DNA of 64,000 bases from a virus (taxonomy: Duplodnaviria > Heunggongvirae > Uroviricota > Caudoviricetes): IMG/VR virus record IMGVR_UViG_2778261540_000003; one strand, 5' to 3'. The notes below the pieces were generated by a model that made no database searches, had not been told where the DNA came from, and worked only from the letters and a program-made list of their open reading frames with translations. A program made the translations under genes and the position numbers. How positions within the stretch are numbered: the first letter of the stretch is position 1; each line of letters begins with the position of its first letter. Shown here piece by piece: positions 21,537 to 31,630 of this stretch.

Positions 21537-22291
21537 CAAGAATCACTAAAGAACGCATATCAGAGATTATCGCCCGTATCGAAATGTATGGTCACGGTGC
21601 TGGATATACGGCAGATGAAGTATTGGCACTTGCCCAAATGGCTTTGGCGGCTTGCAAAGATGATAAAAAAATGAAGCTTATCGACTTGTTAGTGAAGGAG
21701 CTGCCCAAGTGCGGCGGGTGGCCTGATGGTATGATCGATTGTCGCCTGCTCAGTGCCAATTTAATGGCGCCATGCGCGACTTTTGCTTTTGGCTCGGACC
21801 ACAAAAAAGACACTTTCTTTGGGCGCAATTTTTGTTGTGAGATTGAGCTTCCAATCGGTGACCTTGATAGCGATGAATACCAGTCAGTTGTCACTCGCGA
21901 ACAATACGAAGCTGCTCTCATAGCGTCGCAGAAAGTCGAGTTCAATGGTGATGAACCTGAAAGTAAGGCTTACAAGTTAGATTTTGAGCAATGGCTGGAA
22001 CAGCAACGCGGGAAAATCGATGTGGACTGCGGTTGTGTGTCTGCGGAAACATTCATGCACTGGTTGCGGGTAGCTTATGTGGCTGGCAACCATCCGGATT
22101 TTCCGGATAGTTCCCAACAATCGCCCAAGAAAAGCGTAAAAACCACTCTGGAAAGAGGCTATCTTGAGGCCGCATTAAAGATTAAGCCGGGCCATACGCT
22201 AGGCGTCATTGATGCCATGTTGGTTCATGAAATGGCGAAGGCTTTATTGCCGCTGGTGGCTGATAAAATTCCGAATAAGGCCGATATCTGA
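21518..22291 (+). CDS. Hypothetical cysteine-containing protein
   Basis: 257-aa ORF with overlapping start. Confidence 0.45.
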   Translation: MAQKEMTRITKERISEIIARIEMYGHGAGYTADEVLALAQMALAACKDDKKMKLIDLLVKELPKCGGWPDGMIDCRLLSANLMAPCATFAFGSDHKKDTFFGRNFCCEIELPIGDLDSDEYQSVVTREQYEAALIASQKVEFNGDEPESKAYKLDFEQWLEQQRGKIDVDCGCVSAETFMHWLRVAYVAGNHPDFPDSSQQSPKKSVKTTLERGYLEAALKIKPGHTLGVIDAMLVHEMAKALLPLVADKIPNKADI

Positions 22292-22330
22292 TCACCATGC
22301 TAAAATCCCCTCAATTCACAGAGGGGATTT

Positions 22331-22603
22331 TTGTATATGTTGCATAGAGTTTTATGGAAAAGCGTTATTGTCGGCGCGATACTGGCTATATCTGGGTGTG
22401 CAATGGTGCAATACAACGACGGTGAAAAGGTAAGCATACAGTCAGATGGTTGGTATGGCCTGGATAGCCTGCAAAAAACCGCAGATAAAGCCTGTCAGCA
22501 ATATGGGAAGTCTAAAGCAGTATATCAGCATAGCGCGAACGCTAACCCTAATCTTGCGCCCGGTTCGGGTGTTCAGAATACCATCTGGAAATGTGAGCCT
22601 TAA
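22331..22603 (+). CDS. upl: Small lipoprotein (lipobox ISGC)
   Basis: Signal peptide plus lipobox; sits immediately upstream of the theta homolog, as P1 upl does. Confidence 0.5.
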   Translation: MYMLHRVLWKSVIVGAILAISGCAMVQYNDGEKVSIQSDGWYGLDSLQKTADKACQQYGKSKAVYQHSANANPNLAPGSGVQNTIWKCEP

Positions 22604-22605
22604 AT

Positions 22606-22845
22606 ATGAGCGACTGGAATATTGCAGCTAAAAGTCAGGAAGAACGGGATAAGGTTAACGTTGATCTGGCTGCCAGCGGTGTGGCGTACAAAGAGCGATT
22701 GAACATACCTGTCATAGCTGAACAGGTAGCCCGCGAGCAACCAGAGAATCTGCGCACCTATTTCATGGAACGGTTACGGCACTATCGGCAGTTAAGCCTC
22801 CAGTTGCCAAAAGGGAACGATCCGGCATATCAGAAAACAGAATAG
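22606..22845 (+). CDS. hot: Homolog of DNA polymerase III theta subunit (HolE-like)
   Basis: [36 protein letters not shown] closely matches E. coli HolE. Confidence 0.8.
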   Translation: MSDWNIAAKSQEERDKVNVDLAASGVAYKERLNIPVIAEQVAREQPENLRTYFMERLRHYRQLSLQLPKGNDPAYQKTE

Positions 22846-22856
22846 TTGTTAGGCTA

Positions 22857-23219
22857 TTACGCAATGCCCGCGCCATTCTTAGCGGGTTTTAAGCCATATT
22901 CACCGTTGTAGAAATTACTCATGTTCCATTCATTGGGAAGCTCTTTTCTGTCCAATGTATAGTGGCGCACGATATAACGATCTTCATCTTCTTCGATGGA
23001 CAGGCGGACATAGCCAATGTGAATTACCGATACGGGCGGTGTTCGTATTGCATAGATGTCGCGAAGATATACCGGTAGCTCGACAAATGCATCAGGTGCA
23101 TCTGTGATGCTCGTTTTTTCACAGTATTCATATAACGCATCGTTGATATCGTTAAGAGATTCATGATCGTATATTTCCAGGTAATTACCGCGATCGCGAT
23201 GGTACTCGATTTTAGCCAT
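22857..23219 (-). CDS. Hypothetical protein
   Basis: 120-aa ORF downstream of the LexA-box-associated gene. Confidence 0.4.
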   Translation of the reverse strand: MAKIEYHRDRGNYLEIYDHESLNDINDALYEYCEKTSITDAPDAFVELPVYLRDIYAIRTPPVSVIHIGYVRLSIEEDEDRYIVRHYTLDRKELPNEWNMSNFYNGEYGLKPAKNGAGIA

Positions 23220-23804
23220 TCAAAATCCCCTGTTATCGTTTTGCATTTCTCTAATCCGGTTCAGAACTACTTCATGCTGGACTTGGATAGCGGCTTTTTC
23301 GTTTTCAAGCCGGGCAATAGACATCTCTAATTCTTTGCTGTACCAGGCGAGCTGGGCCAGGTTCATCCGGTTGTGGTCGAGAGTTGGAGACACTTCGACG
23401 CGATCCCTTTCTTCCTGCTTTAATGAGAAGAGATTTATCTCATCCCTTGAGGAAAATTCAGCAACAATTTCTTGTTGATGATCCGGTCGCTGCGGCATCC
23501 TCGCCAGTATAAATGGCGGTTCTTTTGAAAACATGAATGTCGGTTCAGACCGTGTTTTTACCCAGCTTGCCTGCTGTCTTTCGGCAAGTTCACAGGCTTC
23601 ATCATAGTTATCTGCCAAACAAAGCACGGATGGACGGTCCCACGCCCCACCATTCAGACAATAAACTACAATTTTCCCGTCAGGTTGTGTAACCCCATAT
23701 GGATGGTCCCACCAGGCGTCCAGCTGAGCTTTAGAGCGTTTCTCGTTAGGAGTGCAGTCAAAATTTTTGGGCAATACAGGATCGAGAGGAATGCGGGCAG
23801 GCAT
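23220..23804 (-). CDS. LexA-box-associated protein of unknown function
   Basis: 194-aa ORF transcribed divergently from humD, sharing the LexA box region. Confidence 0.45.
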   Translation of the reverse strand: MPARIPLDPVLPKNFDCTPNEKRSKAQLDAWWDHPYGVTQPDGKIVVYCLNGGAWDRPSVLCLADNYDEACELAERQQASWVKTRSEPTFMFSKEPPFILARMPQRPDHQQEIVAEFSSRDEINLFSLKQEERDRVEVSPTLDHNRMNLAQLAWYSKELEMSIARLENEKAAIQVQHEVVLNRIREMQNDNRGF

Positions 23805-23939
23805 AGCTAATTCCTTATTAACTGATTGGCAACGAGGTTACGCTGATCCGTTGGTGATGAATAGTAGCAAAGAGCACAAAATCATCAGCGGTGGTTGATG
23901 TACGTAACGCGTTTGCACCAAAGGTGTCTCTTTAATGTA

Positions 23940-23959
23940 TACTGTATAAATGAACAGTA
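23940..23959. promoter_or_regulatory. LexA (SOS) box TACTGTATAAATGAACAGTA
   Basis: Perfect CTGT-N8-ACAG palindrome 20 bp upstream of the humD start. Confidence 0.8.
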
Positions 23960-23978
23960 TTATTGAGGTGAAAACGCT

Positions 23979-24368
23979 ATGGGCTTCCCTTCTCCTGCGG
24001 CGGATTATGTTGAAAGCCGAATTTCTCTTGATCAGCAACTAATCAGGCATCCATCAGCAACCTACTTCATGCGGGCAGCTGATAGCCATCACCGTGAGGG
24101 AATATTGCAGGGTGCTTTGCTGGTGGTTGATTCCTCGCTTACTCCGGTTGATGGTTCTCTGCTTGTGTGCGCTATGGAGGGTGAATATCGCATAAAGAGA
24201 TACAGGAAGTATCCGCGCCAGCACCTGGAGGATTTAAGCACCGGGAAGAAAGAGGCGTTACCAGTAGATGACGATGGATACACGGGCAGTAATGCTGTTT
24301 TTGGTGTGATCACTCATGTCATCAATGATGCCAGAAGTGGGGAGTTTGATGATTGTCCGGTTATTTAA
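23979..24368 (+). CDS. humD: UmuD-like protein (translesion synthesis accessory)
   Basis: 129 aa with the LexA/UmuD C-terminal peptidase fold; LexA box upstream. Confidence 0.8.
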   Translation: MGFPSPAADYVESRISLDQQLIRHPSATYFMRAADSHHREGILQGALLVVDSSLTPVDGSLLVCAMEGEYRIKRYRKYPRQHLEDLSTGKKEALPVDDDGYTGSNAVFGVITHVINDARSGEFDDCPVI

Positions 24369-24440
24369 GCTGCAAAGGGCTGGTGCTTTATGCCTGTGAA
24401 GTTTATAATTGTGTACACATAACGAGTACACGAGGTGTTT

Positions 24441-24662
24441 ATGCAATCCATTAACTTCCGTACCGCGCGTGGCAACCTTTCTGAAGTGCTCAACAATGTT
24501 GAAGCCGGGGAAGAGGTTGAAATCACCCGCAGAGGCCGTGAGCCAGCAGTAATTGTCAGCAAGGCTACTTTCGAAGCCTACAAAAAAGCGGCGCTGGATG
24601 CTGAATTTGCATCCCTGTTTGACACCCTGGACTCCACCAACAAGGAACTGGTTAACCGATAA
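24441..24662 (+). CDS. phd: Phd antitoxin
   Basis: [41 protein letters not shown] matches P1 Phd as remembered. Confidence 0.9.
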
Positions 24663-25042
24663 TGAGGCATATATCACCGGAAGAACTTATTGCGCTTCAT
24701 GATGCGAATATAAGCCGCTACGGCGGCCTGCCGGGAATGTCTGATCCGGGTAGGGCAGAGGCCATTATCGGGAGAGTTCAGGCCAGAGTTGCCTACGAAG
24801 AGATCACCGACCTTTTCGAAGTCTCTGCCACCTACCTGGTGGCTACAGCGAGAGGGCATATATTCAATGATGCCAATAAGCGTACCGCGCTAAACAGTGC
24901 GCTGCTATTTCTACGCCGTAACGGGGTGCAGGTATTTGATTCACCTGAACTGGCAGACCTTACCGTAGGCGCTGCGACTGGCGAGATATCTGTATCTTCT
25001 GTCGCCGACACGTTACGTAGATTGTATGGTTCTGCGGAGTAG
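24662..25042 (+). CDS. doc: Doc toxin (Fic-fold kinase)
   Basis: 126 aa; overlaps the phd stop; matches P1 Doc as remembered. Confidence 0.9.
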
Positions 25043-25046
25043 ATTA

Positions 25047-25226
25047 ATGGCACGCAAATACAACAAGTTGTCCCGTGAAGCGTTAAAGATGCTTCTTGAT
25101 GGCGTGAGTCGCCGCAAGGTAAAGCAATACCTGGTTGGTAAGCAAATTGGTGCCAGGACAGCTATTGCTGTGTTATGCCGTCAGGAAATGGTTGTGCTTA
25201 AACAGAGAATGCCGGGCAGCAGATAA
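25047..25226 (+). CDS. Small basic protein downstream of doc
   Basis: ATG after GGAG; MARKYNKLSREALKMLLDG; position as P1 pdcA. Confidence 0.4.
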   Translation: MARKYNKLSREALKMLLDGVSRRKVKQYLVGKQIGARTAIAVLCRQEMVVLKQRMPGSR

Positions 25227-25253
25227 AGCCCAATCAGTGATTAAAGGTGTGAT

Positions 25254-26297
25254 GTGAAAGCCGTAATTACTCCATTTGTACAGAAAGAGCTTGGCCTCGC
25301 CACGTTCAAAGTGGATCAGGAGGTCAGAAAGCTGGTGGAGGCTGGCCGTAAATTTATTATGGAGCCGGTGCCGCGTGAGTTAATCGAGCACATGGAAGAC
25401 GGCCTCGTTGTTACCGAGCAAACCATGGCAACAAATGAGGCGTTGCAGCCGTTTTTTAACAGCGATGAACTGTTTCGCCGTATTGGTGGAATTGACGCGC
25501 TGGTGGCGTGGTTGCGTAGGAAAGAGGGTCAATGCCAGGCCGCAGATCGTAGTTGGTGTGACAACCATATTGTCCACGCTGAACGAGACAATAGCGCGGT
25601 GTTGTTGTGCTGGCATCACGATAACCATTACCGGATGCGTGGTTTTAATGAGCTGAAAGAAACGCTGCACAATAATCGCGTTAACTGGATACTGGATGTC
25701 GCCCGTCAGGAAATGGGCCTTTCAAATAGCCATGATTTAAGTATTCAGGAGCTGTGCTGGTGGGCTTTCATGCGCAACATGATGCACCTGATGCCGGAAG
25801 AAGTCTGCCGCATATCAATAAATAAGATGAAGGCTACTCCGCAGGATAGCGGACCTCTGAAAGAGGCGGATATTCGCCCGTATGACGATCGCGCTACAGC
25901 ATATGTTCAGATGATGGAAGAACGCGCCGCGCCGATGCGTGCAAAAGTATGCCCTGTGGATGTTGACTCCGACCCTGGCATGGCGCATTTCAAAATACCA
26001 AAACTGCAATCGCTAAAATTACCTGAGTACATGGACTTTGTTGCTTCCCGTCCATGCTGTGGGTGTGGAGCTGCGGGAGCTGGCGCTCACATTACGCCTT
26101 ATATCGTTCGTCATAGTCGATTATGCGCGCATGACATTTACGCAATTCCTCTGTGCCAGTCATGCCAGCGTGATATTGAGCGTGACCGCGATAATTGGGA
26201 GAAGACGCACGGTAGGTTGGCGATGCATCAACGATTGTTCTTTGATTACGCGCTTGGAGTGGGCGTTATCACAAGTCATTCGTCGAGTGTTAGATAA
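25254..26297 (+). CDS. Post-doc protein with C-terminal cysteine cluster
   Basis: 347 aa; [12 protein letters not shown]...CQSCQRD; position as P1 pdcB. Confidence 0.5.
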   Translation: MKAVITPFVQKELGLATFKVDQEVRKLVEAGRKFIMEPVPRELIEHMEDGLVVTEQTMATNEALQPFFNSDELFRRIGGIDALVAWLRRKEGQCQAADRSWCDNHIVHAERDNSAVLLCWHHDNHYRMRGFNELKETLHNNRVNWILDVARQEMGLSNSHDLSIQELCWWAFMRNMMHLMPEEVCRISINKMKATPQDSGPLKEADIRPYDDRATAYVQMMEERAAPMRAKVCPVDVDSDPGMAHFKIPKLQSLKLPEYMDFVASRPCCGCGAAGAGAHITPYIVRHSRLCAHDIYAIPLCQSCQRDIERDRDNWEKTHGRLAMHQRLFFDYALGVGVITSHSSSVR

Positions 26298-26298
26298 A

Positions 26299-26315
26299 AT
26301 TGCTCTAATGTATTG
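26299..26315 (+). promoter_or_regulatory. C1 operator-like site
   Basis: attgctctaatgtattg. Confidence 0.5.
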
Positions 26316-26385
26316 CTATTTCTTTAATCGAGGGTATTATATTCCACGTTGATTAGTTGACATGGGCTAATCAGTAGGTGACAGG

Positions 26386-26838
26386 ATGTTACTTAACTGG
26401 CAGGGACGCCACTTCATGGAAATAAATCACTCACGAATAACATCGTACGAGATTGCGGATTACATGATCCGCACTAAATCTCTTCTATCAGCGAAAGAAC
26501 TCGCAGCAATTCTTGAAAAGGAATACCCGCATCTGGATGTCGATAAGCGCGATGTTTATCTGCGCTTAAAGGCTATCGCTGTGTCTAAGTATTCGTCTGT
26601 TTTGATAGATGACAGTACACGCCCACGTAGATTTCAGATCCACTCTCTGAATCCTGAATTCTTTCGCCGTAGCCGCGCTCCGCGCCGGTTTGATGAAAAA
26701 CTCCAGAACGAACTCTATATGACGCAGGACGAAAAGGAACGCCGGGAGCACCAGCCTTGGGTAATGGCGCGTCAACTTTTCAATAAGGTGGCCCGTCAGC
26801 ACCGTCATTACGGTAATGCCACATCCGCACGTATCTGA
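26386..26838 (+). CDS. lpa: Late promoter activator-like protein
   Basis: Position immediately upstream of pacA with an operator upstream, as P1 lpa; true start may be the MEINHS ATG at 26416. Confidence 0.5.
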   Translation: MLLNWQGRHFMEINHSRITSYEIADYMIRTKSLLSAKELAAILEKEYPHLDVDKRDVYLRLKAIAVSKYSSVLIDDSTRPRRFQIHSLNPEFFRRSRAPRRFDEKLQNELYMTQDEKERREHQPWVMARQLFNKVARQHRHYGNATSARI

Positions 26839-26923
26839 TTGATTGCTTGCCCGTTCCGGGCCTTTTGACATGTGACTTTCGTTACCCTCGCGTCAAAAAG
26901 AGTTTTTACGAAAGGAAGCATAA

Positions 26924-28117
26924 GTGACCTGGGACGATCACAAGAAGAATTTTGCTCGCCTGGCGCGAGATGGTGGTTACACCATCGCACAGTATGCCGC
27001 CGAGTTTAATCTTAACCCTAATACCGCACGTCGTTATCTCCGTGCCTTCAAAGAAGACACCAGGACTACGGACAGCCGCAAGCCAAATAAGCCAGTCAGG
27101 AAGCCACTAAAAAGCATGATCATTGATCACTCTAATGATCAACATGCAGGTGATCACATTTCGGCTGAAATAGCGGAAAAACAAAGAGTTAATGCCGTTG
27201 TCAGTGCCGCAGTCGAGAATGCGAAGCGCCAAAATAAGCGCATAAATGATCGTTCAGATGATCATGACGTGATCACCCGCGCCCACCGGACCTTACGTGA
27301 TCGCCTGGAACGCGACACCCTGGATGATGATGGTGAACGCTTTGAATTCGAAGCTGGCGATTACCTGATAGATAACGTTGAAGCGCGGAAGGCCGCGCGC
27401 GCTATGTTGCGTCGGTCCGGGGCCGATGTTCTGGAAACCACTCTTCTGGAAAAGTCTCTTTCTCATCTCCTTATGCTGGAGAACGCCAGGGATACGTGTA
27501 TTCGCCTAGTGCAGGAAATGCGCGATCAGCAAAAAGACGATGATGAAGGTACTCCGCCTGAATACCGTATCGCGAGCATGCTAAACAGCTGTTCCGCGCA
27601 GATAAGCAGCCTGATCAACACCATTTACAGCATCCGGAATAACTATCGAAAAGAAAGCCGGGAGGCGGAAAAGCACGCTTTATCTATGGGGCAAGCTGGC
27701 ATTGTTAAGCTGGCATACGAACGAAAGCGTGAAAATAACTGGTCAGTGCTGGAAGCGGCTGAATTCATCGAGGCGCATGGAGGAAAAGTGCCTCCCCTGA
27801 TGCTGGAGCAAATCAAAGCCGATCTGCGTGCTCCTAAGACCAATACCGATGATGAGGAAAACCAAACAGCATCTGGCGCTCCATCACTTGAAGATCTGGA
27901 TAAAATCGCGCGAGAACGGGCCGCCAGCCGCCGCGCTGATGCCGCATTGTGGATTGAGCATCGTAGAGAAGAAATTGCCGATATCGTCGATACAGGTGGT
28001 TATGGTGATGTCGATGCGGAAGGCATATCAAACGAAGCATGGCTTGAACAGGATCTGGACGAAGACGAGGAGGAAGACGAAGAAGTTACCCGCAAACTGT
28101 ACGGGGATGATGATTAA
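26924..28117 (+). CDS. pacA: Pacase (terminase) small subunit PacA
   Basis: 397 aa, GTG start after AAAGGAAG; contains the pac hexamer cluster. Confidence 0.8.
27117..27276. promoter_or_regulatory. pac packaging site (clustered TGATCA/G hexamers with Dam GATC sites)
   Basis: Four hexamers at 27117-27160 and three at 27245-27276 flanking a central spacer, as described for P1 pac. Confidence 0.8.
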
Positions 28118-29601
28118 TGGCCAGAAGTTGCGTAACGGACCCACGTTGGCGCGAGCTTGTGGCGCTATATCGTTATGACTGGATTGCGGCCGCTGATGTG
28201 TTGTTTGGGAAGACACCAACCTGGCAGCAGGATGAGATCATTGAGTCCACGCAGCAGGACGGCAGTTGGACAAGTGTGACCTCCGGCCATGGTACTGGTA
28301 AATCGGATATGACGAGTATCATTGCAATACTCTTCATCATGTTTTTCCCCGGCGCTCGCGTCATTCTGGTCGCTAACAAAAGACAGCAAGTCCTTGATGG
28401 TATTTTCAAATACATAAAGAGCAATTGGGCTACTGCTGTTAGCAGATTCCCGTGGTTGTCAAAGTATTTCATTCTTACAGAAACGTCTTTTTTTGAGGTG
28501 ACTGGCAAGGGTGTTTGGACAATATTGATAAAGTCCTGTCGCCCCGGGAATGAGGAGGCGTTGGCTGGTGAACACGCCGATCATCTCTTGTATATCATCG
28601 ACGAAGCGTCGGGTGTGAGTGATAAAGCATTCAGTGTGATAACAGGTGCGCTGACCGGTAAGGATAACCGTATTCTGCTTCTTTCCCAGCCTACGCGACC
28701 TTCAGGCTATTTCTACGATTCACACCACAGACTAGCTATTCGCCCGGGAAATCCTGATGGATTGTTTACTGCGATAATACTGAATAGTGAAGAATCTCCG
28801 CTTGTAGATGCAAAATTTATACGAGCAAAACTTGCGGAGTATGGCGGTCGTGATAACCCCATGTACATGATCAAAGTACGTGGTGAATTTCCCAAATCTC
28901 AAGATGGCTTTCTTCTTGGTCGTGATGAGGTTGAGCGGGCGACGCGGCGAAAGGTCAAGATTGCCAAAGGATGGGGCTGGGTTGCATGTGTTGACGTTGC
29001 TGGTGGCACAGGACGAGATAAGTCCGTTATTAATATCATGATGGTGTCCGGCCAGCGAAATAAACGCCGTGTAATCAACTATCGTATGCTGGAATACACA
29101 GACGTTACAGAAACGCAGTTAGCCGCCAAGATTTTCGCAGAATGTAACCCAGAACGGTTCCCGAACATAACCATAGCTATTGATGGCGATGGCTTGGGGA
29201 AATCGACGGCTGATCTAATGTACGAACGCTATGGCATTACCGTCCAGCGTATCCGCTGGGGTAAAAAGATGCACAGCCGTGAAGATAAAAGCCTTTATTT
29301 CGATATGCGCGCTTTCGCGAATATTCAGGCGGCAGAAGCTGTAAAATCAGGGCGTATGAGGCTTGATAAGGGGGCTGCGACTATAGAGGAAGCATCAAAG
29401 ATACCGGTAGGGATAAATTCCGCAGGTCAATGGAAGGTGATGTCAAAGGAAGATATGAAGAAAAAACTCAACCTGCACTCACCGGACCATTGGGATACAT
29501 ATTGTTTCGCTATGTTGGCGAACTATGTTCCCCAGGATGAAGTGCTTAGCGTCGAAGACGAAGCGCAGGTTGATGAAGCTCTGGCATGGCTTAATGAATA
29601 A
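28117..29601 (+). CDS. pacB: Pacase (terminase) large subunit PacB
   Basis: 494 aa; Walker A GHGTGKS and Walker B IIDEAS. Confidence 0.8.
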
Positions 29602-29625
29602 CTCATTAACCATGCCGGATAGAAA

Positions 29626-30477
29626 CTATTGCGCGCTTTCGGGGTTGTCGTTTACTGGCTGCCCCTTCTTAGTTTTACGGCTGCGCGTAACTGATGCGGC
29701 TGATTTGACCTTTTTCTCTTCGCGAGTGATGGCAATTTGTTTTTTTACATTTTCAATATCTGCCAGGCGATATATTTTTGCCTGCGGCCAGCGGTCGCAG
29801 ATGATCGGTTCTATAGAGTCATAAAGGCTAAATTTTGCTTTCTCGAATTCACCGTTGATGATGATTCCATCACGGAGAGTTTCATCGCAGATAAACACAC
29901 CACACAGCGGCACATGGTAACTAACTGATTTACCATCATTGTAGTTAGGGCTACTGGAAATGTAATGGACGCGCAGCATTGTTTCGCTAAAGCCGTGTAC
30001 ACGCATACGGAATTTTTCATCCTCCGGGTACTGCTTCATTAGCTCTTTTGTTGCTTCCAGGTTCTCTATGTATTTCGCACTGTGCTCATTGATCCCCGCG
30101 CTTTTCTGGATGCGAATGTCCTTATCAATCAGATGAATAATGCGGCCAGCGGTCATGTTGACGCTGTTCACAGCTTCTGTCTGATAAGTTGTAACCTTAC
30201 GCACACCGCGAAGGATGTTAGGCACTGGATATAAAATAGTCTTTGGGATATTGAGGTCTGGGTACTGTTCCAGTTCTCGCGCCATTAAAGTCCATTTATC
30301 AATTTCAGCCTGAATGCTGTCCGTTTCTTTGAACGGCAGAACGACAACCGGGCGTACAGGACGACCGTCGCTGGCGGCATCAACGTGTTGGGCGCGTGCA
30401 ACAGCTTTTTTTAGAAAGAGATCCCTGAAGCTGACGAACTCCTGGTACAGTTGTTCGCCGTAGACATAATTTATCAT
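29626..30477 (-). CDS. c1: C1 repressor of lytic functions
   Basis: 283 aa; position next to coi and operator cluster; matches the remembered size of P1 C1. Confidence 0.8.
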   Translation of the reverse strand: MINYVYGEQLYQEFVSFRDLFLKKAVARAQHVDAASDGRPVRPVVVLPFKETDSIQAEIDKWTLMARELEQYPDLNIPKTILYPVPNILRGVRKVTTYQTEAVNSVNMTAGRIIHLIDKDIRIQKSAGINEHSAKYIENLEATKELMKQYPEDEKFRMRVHGFSETMLRVHYISSSPNYNDGKSVSYHVPLCGVFICDETLRDGIIINGEFEKAKFSLYDSIEPIICDRWPQAKIYRLADIENVKKQIAITREEKKVKSAASVTRSRKTKKGQPVNDNPESAQ

Positions 30478-30570
30478 TGATCCTCCTCCAGAATTGACAT
30501 GGCCAACAACTCACAGCGGATTACACTGGGAGTTGTTGGCCACCATTATAGAAGGATCCAACGAAAATAA

Positions 30571-30590
30571 TAGATTTATTAGTGCATTTA
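30571..30590. promoter_or_regulatory. Operator-like / late-promoter-like motif between coi and c1
   Basis: atttattagtgcatttattg; related to the operator consensus but with the AGTGCA variant. Confidence 0.35.
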
Positions 30591-30797
30591 TTGTGAGTCT
30601 GGCTGGTTAGTGGCCATGAGATATTCGATTGTGTCAGTGAGATCATCCAGGTCGTCTTGGGTGATGCGGTACTCCTGATTGGATATCTTTGAGTAGTGTT
30701 CAGCAATGGCGCGGGCAGCGTCGGTTTCGGCAGGGTCTACAGATAAAGCGTTAGAGCAATGTCTAACGTCGTCGATGGTTGGTGGAATGAAAGCCAT
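30588..30797 (-). CDS. coi: C1 inactivator Coi
   Basis: 69 aa immediately upstream of c1 on the same strand. Confidence 0.7.
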   Translation of the reverse strand: MAFIPPTIDDVRHCSNALSVDPAETDAARAIAEHYSKISNQEYRITQDDLDDLTDTIEYLMATNQPDSQ

Positions 30798-31037
30798 AAT
30801 TATGCCTCACTGTATTGACAACACAGAGCCTGAAGCTCTGACCTACTGTTTCACCCATGATCCATGCTGGGGTAATCTAACAACATTGCGCTGTGTGTAA
30901 GATGAGCAATGCATAGCTGTAATGCCGTTGTATAAGGTTTCCCTGTTTGCTCATTTCCTTCTGAGCCGCTCTACAACGCTGAAGACACATTAAATAGTGA
31001 ATCCAAAGTCGTATTACGAAACGGCGGCAAAACTATA

Positions 31038-31054
31038 ATTTATTAGAGCAATTG
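31038..31054 (-). promoter_or_regulatory. C1 operator-like site (inverse orientation)
   Basis: aatttattagagcaatt. Confidence 0.5.
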
Positions 31055-31128
31055 TCAAACAACAATGAAAAACAATCCAGTTTTTGGCTGGTGGAGTGGG
31101 ATTTTTCTCTCAAAATTTATTGCTCTAA

Positions 31129-31145
31129 TAATTCTTGATTTTTAT
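31129..31145 (+). promoter_or_regulatory. C1 operator-like site
   Basis: attgctctaataattct. Confidence 0.5.
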
Positions 31146-31178
31146 GCGCAGCTGGACGTAAACTCCTCTTCGGACCTA

Positions 31179-31212
31179 ATAACTTCGTATAGCATACATT
31201 ATACGAAGTTAT
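31179..31212. other. loxP: loxP site (Cre recombination target)
   Basis: Exact 34-bp ATAACTTCGTATAGCATACATTATACGAAGTTAT. Confidence 0.98.
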
Positions 31213-31401
31213 CTTAAGGGTTATTGAACATGATCAATTTACCTGTAAATCCATACAGTTCAATACCTTATCAGGTTAAATAGTGATCACTTGATCATTT
31301 GATCAAGGTTGCGCTACGTAAAATCTGCGAAATGTTGGCAGTGTTAGTGCTCCAGATTTCGCGTAGCGCACTTAGCACCACCAATCAATCAGAGGTGAAA
31401 A

Positions 31402-31623
31402 ATGGGATATTCAGCTGCTAAAGTGTCCACTCATCTTGAGCTTGAGAAAAACCGTGGTTACTGGCGGGCAAAAGGGTTTGATCGTGATAGTTGCCAACTG
31501 TCATTATCGCGCGGTGAAGAGAAAATAGAACGCACGCGCGGTCGCTGGCGTTTCTATGACGAGAACCATAAACAGGTAAAGGCAGAGCCAATCCTGTACA
31601 CTTTACTTAAAACTATTATCTGA
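31402..31623 (+). CDS. Small basic ORF between loxP and cre
   Basis: 73 aa, ATG preceded by GAGGTG RBS; not a gene I recall in P1, so possibly regulatory-region overlap. Confidence 0.3.
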   Translation: MGYSAAKVSTHLELEKNRGYWRAKGFDRDSCQLSLSRGEEKIERTRGRWRFYDENHKQVKAEPILYTLLKTII

Positions 31624-31630
31624 GTGTTAA

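Noticed and set aside
30706-30900. 64-aa plus-strand ORF overlapping coi
   Set aside because: Antisense to coi within the immunity region; no ribosome-binding site.
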